A stretch of DNA of 64,000 bases from Candidatus Cloacimonadales bacterium (GTDB lineage Bacteria; Cloacimonadota; Cloacimonadia; Cloacimonadales; JAFGVF01): positions 1,184,001-1,248,000 of the forward strand of contig CAXXJV010000001.1 in NCBI GenBank assembly GCA_963663475.2, written 5' to 3'. A program made the position numbers and the translations under genes. Below the pieces are notes generated by a model. That model was given only the letters and a program-made list of their open reading frames with translations, did not search any database and was not told the DNA's origin. Position 1 is the stretch's first letter, and every line of letters starts with the position of its first letter. This document shows positions 52,018-58,804 of the stretch, in pieces.

Positions 52018-53432
52018 TGCCAAAAAGAGTAATTATAATATTTTTCTTAGTAGTTTTATTCCAAGCTGCTTTTGGACAAACAATAATGGAAATACAGCAA
52101 ACTAATGAGCCTGGAAATGATGGCACTTATCCTTCAAGTTACATAGGACAAGAAGTCACTATTAGTCCTGCTACTATTGGTGCAAAAGGTTTTGATGGCT
52201 CAAACAATAATATGTTTGCTTTCGACTTGAACCCAGGAATCTGGAATGGTATCTATATAAACAATGCAAACAATGAAGTAAATACTAGAACCATGGTTTC
52301 TATTACTGGTACTGTTGCTGAAAATAATGGTATGACTGAGTTAATTAACGCAAGCATTACTGTAATTAATCAAGGTCCTTTTGATTTAACAGCAAACTCA
52401 GTAACAATTTCAGCACTTAACGATCCAACAATTGCCGAACAATATGAAGCATCTTATGTTAAAATTAATAATCTTGTTTATAGCGGTAATGATGAAGGTA
52501 ACTATTGGTTAGCTGAAGATGCAGACGATAACTCAATAAGAATTGCTAATGGACTCTTTGAATCTAACCCAGTAGCTGGTGATGAATTCGGTTCTATTTC
52601 TGGTATTCTTGTCTATGATGGGGAAAACTATGTTATTCATCCAACTGATGAATCAGACCTAGTTCCAAGCACTCCAGCAACTTTAGCACTTATGTCAGAG
52701 AAAGAAAAGATTGGAAGTAAATTATATGTTCATGTTAATTCTACTAATATTAAAGATTATTGGAATATCACCGGTTTTGAATTTAACTTTACCTTTGATG
52801 ATGAATTCCTAACTTATCATTCTAATGAAGTAGCTCTTCCTGGCTTAGGAGAACCTAATGCTATTGCAGACGAAACTATTGATGAAGAAGAAGAAATTTA
52901 TACAATCAGTTTTGTCCCAGGTGTTAACTTTGCTTCATATGACTCTCCTACTTTAATTACCCTAATCTTTGATATTGAAGAGTATGGACTTGCCACAGTT
53001 AATTTTAGTAATTTTAAGTTCTTTGATGAGGCTGGCACTACTTGGAATATCTCTGATATGTCTAACTTAAATGTCTCTTTCAATAATACTTATGATGATA
53101 AAGACGCTTATCTTTCTATAAGAAATGCTAACAATGATAAAAATATCTTCAATCCTTACCAAAATGAAAGACTTACCCTTAAATACGGATTTAAACCTGG
53201 TTATAGTACTAAAACAATAGTAAGAATCTACGATTTAAAGGGAAGACTAGTATATACACCAGTAAATAAGGTTCATAGTGGACTTGGTGAATTTGTTTGG
53301 GATGGAAGAGATCAAAACCGTGAATTAGTTGATATCGGAACTTACATTTGCCAAGTTGAAGTTGTAGTTAGAGAAAATGGTGATAAATATGTAACTGATC
53401 AACCAATCGTCGTAGCTGGACAGCTTAAATAG
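52017..53432 (+). CDS. Secreted protein (OB-fold-like + cohesin-like region) with a variant FlgD/T9SS-like CTD
   Basis: Signal peptide; 'TIMEIQ...YPSSYIGQEVTI'; 'ITGFEFNFTFD'; C-terminal 'IFNP...RIYDLKGRLV...WDGRD...GTYICQV'. Confidence 0.7.
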   Translation: MPKRVIIIFFLVVLFQAAFGQTIMEIQQTNEPGNDGTYPSSYIGQEVTISPATIGAKGFDGSNNNMFAFDLNPGIWNGIYINNANNEVNTRTMVSITGTVAENNGMTELINASITVINQGPFDLTANSVTISALNDPTIAEQYEASYVKINNLVYSGNDEGNYWLAEDADDNSIRIANGLFESNPVAGDEFGSISGILVYDGENYVIHPTDESDLVPSTPATLALMSEKEKIGSKLYVHVNSTNIKDYWNITGFEFNFTFDDEFLTYHSNEVALPGLGEPNAIADETIDEEEEIYTISFVPGVNFASYDSPTLITLIFDIEEYGLATVNFSNFKFFDEAGTTWNISDMSNLNVSFNNTYDDKDAYLSIRNANNDKNIFNPYQNERLTLKYGFKPGYSTKTIVRIYDLKGRLVYTPVNKVHSGLGEFVWDGRDQNRELVDIGTYICQVEVVVRENGDKYVTDQPIVVAGQLK

Positions 53433-53441
53433 GGAGTATCA

Positions 53442-54290
53442 ATGAAAAAAATATTACTAATAACTATCTTAATTTCACTTGTTGCCGTAAACTTAAGTGC
53501 ACTTTTTGAAGCTTATCCTACTTCTGCTAGAGCTCGTGGTATGGCTAATGCATTCTATACCTTATCAGATGATTCAGATGCAGCTTTTTATAATCCAGCT
53601 GGACTTGATCAAGCTGATAATCAGTTTTCTTTCAATATGGTCGATCTCTATGGTAACAAATACCTCAGAGCAGGAGCCTTCTCTGCATCCTATAGATTCT
53701 CTCCTGTATATGGTGTCTTAGCTATTGCTGGAAAACAACTAGGTGTTGAATACGAAGATACAGACCTTTCCACCGAAAATACCCTAACCCTTGCCCATTC
53801 TTTCAAGTTAATGAAAGATTTACATAGCTCATTAGCTTTTGGATATTCTTTCAATATGTACCAACTTGATTTTGCTGAAGGCTATGGGGATGATACTGCT
53901 TATGGACTTAACGTTGGTGCTATAGCAACAATGCATCAAAGAACAAAAATATCTTTTACTGTTCAAAATATAAATAATCCAGACATGGGAAAAGATGAAG
54001 AGTTTGAATTACCAAGACAAATGGTTACTGGTATTTCTTATCAACCTTACTATGGGGTAGTTACAATTCTTGAACTTACCAAAGAACTCAAGGGTGATAC
54101 CTCAGTAGCTGCTGGTATTGAATACAGTCTTCTAGATAACATGACTCTTAGAGCTGGTGTTCATAATAACCCTGCTGTTTACTCTGCTGGCCTTGGCTTT
54201 GATGTTAAGGGTATGCTGGTTAATTATGGCTTTACTTATCATTCAGACTTAGATCCTACTCACCATTTCCAAGTTGGATATAGATTCTAA
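53442..54290 (+). CDS. Outer-membrane beta-barrel, PorV/PorP(SprF)/FadL-like
   Basis: Signal peptide; SARARGMANAF...AAFYNPAGL plug motif; amphipathic strands; terminal aromatic 'GYRF'. Confidence 0.8.
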   Translation: MKKILLITILISLVAVNLSALFEAYPTSARARGMANAFYTLSDDSDAAFYNPAGLDQADNQFSFNMVDLYGNKYLRAGAFSASYRFSPVYGVLAIAGKQLGVEYEDTDLSTENTLTLAHSFKLMKDLHSSLAFGYSFNMYQLDFAEGYGDDTAYGLNVGAIATMHQRTKISFTVQNINNPDMGKDEEFELPRQMVTGISYQPYYGVVTILELTKELKGDTSVAAGIEYSLLDNMTLRAGVHNNPAVYSAGLGFDVKGMLVNYGFTYHSDLDPTHHFQVGYRF

Positions 54291-54302
54291 AAGAGGTTAA
54301 TA

Positions 54303-54617
54303 ATGAAGAAAAAAGACAAGGAAAACAACCAAGATTACATGAATAATGGTTCTTTTATTCCATCAATTATTTCTAAATTACTTTTTGATGGTTTTCAAAA
54401 CTGGATTAGAGATTACCAACATAACCGAAATATAAAAAAACATGACATAGTTGAGGAAAAACTTGTTATTGTGGAAAATCTTCAACTAAAACTAGATAAA
54501 AGAATTAAAGAAAATAAGTATAAAATTGATGCCTTGAAAGCCTTGCTTATCATGAGTATGATTATGAACTTCCTTTTCTTTGCTGTGGTTCTAGTCTTTT
54601 TAATATTAATGTTCTAA
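54303..54617 (+). CDS. Hypothetical protein with C-terminal membrane anchor
   Basis: RBS gagg; operon position; hydrophobic C-terminus; followed by a terminator. Confidence 0.7.
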   Translation: MKKKDKENNQDYMNNGSFIPSIISKLLFDGFQNWIRDYQHNRNIKKHDIVEEKLVIVENLQLKLDKRIKENKYKIDALKALLIMSMIMNFLFFAVVLVFLILMF

Positions 54618-54639
54618 ATATAACAGAATATAGAAACTT

Positions 54640-54672
54640 AAGAGCTTTGATCTAGGTCAAAGCTCTTTCTTT
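54640..54672 (+). terminator. Rho-independent terminator
   Basis: aagagctttga-tctagg-tcaaagctctt plus tcttt. Confidence 0.8.
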
Positions 54673-54679
54673 ATTCTTG

Positions 54680-54798
54680 AACCCAAATAATGTGAATAGC
54701 ACTATATTCTTTTGCAAAAGAAAGCTACATAGTTTTCAGGAATATATATTATCCCAGATAGTGCTATTCACAAAGATCTATTGCATTATTTGGGATTA
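54680..54798. mobile_element. Nested family A remnants (forward partial copy plus inverted mini-copy)
   Basis: aacccaaataatgtgaatagcactatattcttttgcaaaag..., then tcccagatagtgctattcacaaagatctattgcattatttggga. Confidence 0.75.
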
Positions 54799-54800
54799 TA

Positions 54801-54973
54801 GGCTCAAGTTCAAGTCTGGTAGGAATAATATTGGTAAATGAGAATATTTCATTACTATATTGATTCAAAAATCCCTGACTTGTGGGGCGTAGCTTTAGCG
54901 AAGATTCAATGTATCGCAATCCTGGGGAATGATGGCTAGCCCAAAGATATTACCCTGTAAGGGTTTAATAAAA
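54801..54973 (+). mobile_element. Family B / REP-like composite with a single hybrid 30-bp insert (54878-54907)
   Basis: Aligns to 14320-14476 and reverse 58033-58276, but lacks the segment between the two inserts. Confidence 0.85.
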
Positions 54974-55156
54974 GGACAAATGAGGTAATATTCCAAATAA
55001 TGCACTATTCTGGATAAAGGAGACTATCAGACAAGTTACAACTAGGGATCAATTTCTTTTAAAAAAAATGGTGGTATGCCGATTTCATACTTTATTCTTG
55101 ACATATTACTTACTAGTGAAAAATTATATAAAATGTCAAAAATGTGGAGGAAATCA

Positions 55157-56059
55157 ATGTCAATTACTAAACTTGATCAAATGTTTGATTCTTTAAGAAG
55201 TAAGAAAAAGAAGCGATTAGTGGGAGCATATACTGTTGATGGTCATTCAATTGGAGCTATCAGTAAAGCTATAGATTTAGGAATAGTAGATGCTACTTTA
55301 ATTGGAAACAGTGATTTAATTAAAGCAACATGCCAAGCTGAGAATATTGATGTAAATAAATTTGAGATTATAGATGAAAAAGTAGATTCTAAAGCTGCTC
55401 AAAAAGCCTGTATGTATATTAGAGAAGGCAAAGGTGATCTCATTATGAAAGGCTTATTAGGAACAGATACCTATATGAGAGCCTTGCTAAATAAAGAGAC
55501 AGGTCTTGTTCCTAAAGGCTCTATGCTGTCTCATATCACAGTTATGGAAATTCCAAGCTATGAAAAATTACTTGTGGTTTCTGATGTAGCAATTATTCCT
55601 CTACCTGATTTAAAACAGAAAATTGGCATAACAAACAATGTAATTAAAACATGTAAAGCACTTGATATTGAAATGCCAAAAGTGGCAATTCTAGCCTCTT
55701 CTGAGTCAGCAACTGATAAAATTGTAGCCAATGCTGATGCAGCTATAATTACTAAGATGGCTGAAAGAGGACAGATTAAAGGAGCCTATGTCGATGGACC
55801 ACTCTCCTTAGATTTATCAATTGATCAGGAAGCTGTCGCTATTAAGAAATTCCAATCTCCTGTAGCAGGTCAAGCTGATGGTATTGTTTTTCCTAACATA
55901 GAATCAGGAAATGTTTTCTACAAAACTGTTACTAAATTGGTTAAAGCTGAATTAGCAGCTATGGTTTGTGGAGCAAGCTGCCCAGCAATTCTTTCTTCTC
56001 GTGGTGATACAGAACAAACTAAGTTATACTCAATAGCTTTGGCAGCTCTTCTAGCCTAA
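55157..56059 (+). CDS. ptb: Phosphate butyryl/acetyltransferase (Ptb family), paralog 1
   Basis: LIMKG, VVSDVA, VDGPLSLDL, FPNIESGN, LSSRGD. Start moved to ATG 55157 (RBS ggagg). Confidence 0.88.
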   Translation: MSITKLDQMFDSLRSKKKKRLVGAYTVDGHSIGAISKAIDLGIVDATLIGNSDLIKATCQAENIDVNKFEIIDEKVDSKAAQKACMYIREGKGDLIMKGLLGTDTYMRALLNKETGLVPKGSMLSHITVMEIPSYEKLLVVSDVAIIPLPDLKQKIGITNNVIKTCKALDIEMPKVAILASSESATDKIVANADAAIITKMAERGQIKGAYVDGPLSLDLSIDQEAVAIKKFQSPVAGQADGIVFPNIESGNVFYKTVTKLVKAELAAMVCGASCPAILSSRGDTEQTKLYSIALAALLA

Positions 56060-56078
56060 AAAATAAGGAAACTTTAAA

Positions 56079-56981
56079 ATGATAAAAAAACTAGACCAAA
56101 TGGTTGATCAGGTTAAGAAGTTAGGAAAGAAATTTAAGATTGCTGTAGCTTATGCTCAGGATTCAAATACCATTGGTGCTATAAGTCAGGCTATTGAAGA
56201 TGGCTTCATAGAAGCAATAATGATAGGGGACAAGACTAAAATTATTGAGGTTGCTCAAGAAGCTAATATAAATCCAGAGATTTTCCAAATAATAGATGTT
56301 AAGGATGAAGTAGCTTCTATTGAAAAGGCTGTGGAAATGGTTAGAAATGACCAAGCTGATGTCCTTATGAAAGGCCTTTGCGGAACTGACAAATTCTTAA
56401 GAGGAGTTATCAATAAAGAGAAGGGACTCTTACCTCCTAAAGCAACTATGACTTATGTATGTGCCTTAGAAATTCCTAAATACCATAAATTGCTTTTTGT
56501 TACAGATACTGCTGTTCTTCCTTTCCCAGATTTAAAACAAAAGACAGCTATGTTAAAGTACTCAGTTGCAATGGCCCACAGATTTGGAATTGAAAAACCA
56601 AAAGTAGCTCTTATTTCAGCTGCCGAAAAAGTAAGTCCTCATTTTGATTCCCATAATGATTATACTCAGCTGTGTATGATGGCTCAAAGAGGTCAAATAA
56701 AAGACTGTATTGTTGATGGACCTTTAGATATCTTCTTAGCCTGTGATCAAGAAAGCGTTAAAATTAAAGGGGTTCCAACTCCAATTAATGGAGACGCAGA
56801 TGTCTTGCTTTTCCCTTCCTTAGAAGCTTGTAATTCCTTCTATAAAGGTCAAATGCTGTGGGGTGGAGCTGAATTAGCTGGACTTATTCAAGGAACGACT
56901 AAACCTGTAGTTGTTATGTCTCGTTCAGAATCACCAAAATCTAAGTATTATTGTATTGCCTTATCTTGTTTAATGGTGTAA
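56079..56981 (+). CDS. ptb: Phosphate butyryl/acetyltransferase (Ptb family), paralog 2
   Basis: VLMKG, FVTDTA, KPKVAL, VDGPLD, ADVLLFP, MSRSES. Confidence 0.88.
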   Translation: MIKKLDQMVDQVKKLGKKFKIAVAYAQDSNTIGAISQAIEDGFIEAIMIGDKTKIIEVAQEANINPEIFQIIDVKDEVASIEKAVEMVRNDQADVLMKGLCGTDKFLRGVINKEKGLLPPKATMTYVCALEIPKYHKLLFVTDTAVLPFPDLKQKTAMLKYSVAMAHRFGIEKPKVALISAAEKVSPHFDSHNDYTQLCMMAQRGQIKDCIVDGPLDIFLACDQESVKIKGVPTPINGDADVLLFPSLEACNSFYKGQMLWGGAELAGLIQGTTKPVVVMSRSESPKSKYYCIALSCLMV

Positions 56982-57006
56982 GATAAAAACTGAACATATT
57001 TTCTAA

Positions 57007-57035
57007 AAGGGCGAATTGATATTCGCCCTTAATTT
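57007..57035 (+). terminator. Terminator after the ptb pair
   Basis: aagggcgaat-tgat-attcgccctt. Confidence 0.7.
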
Positions 57036-57076
57036 ATTGCTCTCTTTGGGTTTATGTTAACATCTAGTTCTTTGGC

Positions 57077-57183
57077 ATCTGCGTAAACACGGGATTCCAG
57101 CCCGCGTTTACGCAGATTACAAGCGGTTACGGGATTGGGTCGCGGGATTCCAGCCCGCGTTTACGCAGATGACAAGTGGTTAC
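57077..57183 (-). repeat. REP-like 53-bp unit array (family C), left cluster
   Basis: Two copies of cgggattccagcccgcgtttacgcagat 53 bp apart; the first sits in a 41-bp imperfect palindrome (57077-57117). Confidence 0.85.
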
Positions 57184-57529
57184 ACAGCTTATTCACCACA
57201 CATTTTAACCTGAATAGTGCATTTGGGTAAAACCCATACAGAGTAAGATCTGTTAGAGGATATCATATTTGGAACGGAAATTATCTTAATCAGAAATATA
57301 CAACCCTTGCTAGCAATTCTTATAGGCATTATAAAACTGTCCAATGGACTAGATCACCAGTTTGTGTAAAAAGAGATAAAATATCCCTACTTTCACTAAT
57401 TACACTAAGATGTGAATTAAATAATAGTAGAAATTCCATAAAATCCCAGAAGAGGATAAATACCTCAGCTTATGGTAAAAGCCTGAAAGGCTTGCCACAA
57501 TGGGTAATGAAATGATGTATCTAATAAAG

Positions 57530-57658
57530 TGTAATCCTGTATTGATTTGATAAACGTTGACTCCTTTCATATTATCTTCTAGAGTTTTCTATTTTTTATC
57601 TAGGAAACTGTACCAGATTAAACTGCCATATGTATACCATTTTAAACTGCCATCTACA
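57530..57658 (-). mobile_element. Probable IS21-family left-end remnant with the first codons of istA
   Basis: Minus strand TGTAG-ATGGCAGTTTAAAATGGTATA-CAT-ATGGCAGTTTAATCTGGTACA (TG end plus tandem sub-repeats); ATG at 57570 reads MKGVNVYQ then (+1 shift) SIQD. Confidence 0.5.
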
Positions 57659-57668
57659 GTACTTTATT

Positions 57669-57801
57669 ATCTGCGTAAACGCGGGCTAGAATCCCGCGAC
57701 CCATTCCCGTAACCACTCGTCTTCTGCGTAACCGCGGGCTAGAATCCCGCGACCCATTCCCGTAACCACTCGTCTTCTGCGTAACCGTGGGCTAGAATCC
57801 C
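57669..57801 (+). repeat. REP-like 53-bp tandem array (family C), right cluster, 2.5 copies
   Basis: ctgcgtaa(a/c)cgcgggctagaatcccgcgacccattcccgtaaccactcgtc recurs at 57671, 57724 and 57777 (partial); inverted relative to 57077-57183. Confidence 0.92.
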
Positions 57802-57869
57802 TGCCGGCTCTAACTGGGAAAGCGGGCATCCCTGCCCGCGCCAAGCTTTTCAAGCTTGGTTTTGTGTGG

Positions 57870-57977
57870 AATCCCCAAAAGGGGATAAATAGTTTAGCCC
57901 AGGGTAAATTCCTGAAGGGAATGCAACCCTGGGTACTGGTGATGAAAAACAAAGCCTAACCCTGAAAGGGTTAAATA
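57870..57977 (+). repeat. REP-like multi-hairpin element (ccctgaaaggg / agcccagggt...accctgggt type)
   Basis: atccccaaaaggggat; agcccagggt-aaattcctgaagggaatgca-accctgggt; aaccctgaaagggtt. A degenerate relative lies at 57441-57510. Confidence 0.75.
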
Positions 57978-58032
57978 ACATCATATATACCATAGACTTA
58001 TTATAATCCCAAATAATGCATTATTTATCATT

Positions 58033-58276
58033 TTATTAAACCCTTACAGGGTAATATCTTTGGGCTAGCCATCATTACCCAGGGTTGCGATACTTTGAAT
58101 CTTCGCTAAAGCTACGCCTTCACAAGTCAGCATCTTACCCTGGGCTAAATTATTTTATCCCTTTGAGTCTTCGCTAAAGCTACGCCCCACAAGTCAGGGA
58201 TTTTTGATGAATCAATATTCTTATGAAATATTCTCATTTTCCTATATTATTCCCACACCAGACTTAAACTTGAGCC
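58033..58276 (-). mobile_element. Family B / REP-like composite carrying two micro-insertions (58097-58127 and 58165-58194)
   Basis: Reverse complement is collinear with 14320-14476 except for two inserts acttgtg(ggg/aagg)cgtagctttagcgaaga(c/t)tc. Confidence 0.88.
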
Positions 58277-58352
58277 TTTTAGAATCTACTAGTTAGAAGA
58301 TTTAGTAACTGAAAACACTGATAAGAAAAAAAGAGATTCTTTACCCTAATTA

Positions 58353-58431
58353 GGAGTGACGGGAGTTGCTCACGGAGTAGCGACTTCCGACACTCTTTCG
58401 CCCGAAGTCCCTTGCCTACGGCTGAGGAACT
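58353..58431 (+). other. GC-rich structured segment (18-bp stem with G.U pairs plus further hairpins); candidate ncRNA or REP-type element
   Basis: ggagtgacgggagttgct / agcgacttccgacactct pair with 14 Watson-Crick pairs, 3 G.U and 1 mismatch; followed by ccttgcctacggctgagg. Confidence 0.4.
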
Positions 58432-58462
58432 CCGGTCTGTGTGTGAAGGGGAATGTGAACTG

Positions 58463-58792
58463 TCTTCTTTCTCCCCGTCTCCCCGTCTCTCTATCTCCCC
58501 GTCTTTGAGCCGAAAGGCGAAAACCTTCTATCTTCTCTCTTTTTTTGCTTTTAGCAAAAATTAATTCGAGAAATTCGTCTTAATTCGTGTTAATTCGTGT
58601 AAACAATCTTCTTTCTCCCTATCTCCCCGTCTCTCTATCTCCCCGTCTTTGAGCCGAAAGGCGAAAACCTTCTATCTCCCCGTCACCCCGTCTCTCTATC
58701 TCCCCGTCTTTGAGCCGAAAGGCGAAAACCTTCTATCTCCCCGTCACCCCGTCTCTCTATCTCCCCGTCTTTGAGCCGAAAGGCGAAAACCT
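58463..58792. repeat. 61-bp direct repeat (4 copies, the last 3 in tandem) built from ctccccgt octamers and a gcc-gaaa-ggc hairpin
   Basis: Hairpins at 58509, 58653, 58714, 58775; (t/a)aattcg 10-bp-period repeats at 58562-58600 between copies 1 and 2. Confidence 0.95.
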
Positions 58793-58804
58793 ACCCATTG
58801 AAAT

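Noticed and set aside
57669-57801. Possible CRISPR array (53-bp period)
   Set aside because: The entire unit repeats, so there are no variable spacers; it is REP-like.
57686-57952. 88-aa minus-strand ORF
   Set aside because: It is a translation of REP-like repeats, with no recognisable domain.
58463-58792. Possible CRISPR array (61-bp repeats)
   Set aside because: Units are head-to-tail and near-identical with no unique spacers; no cas genes in the window.
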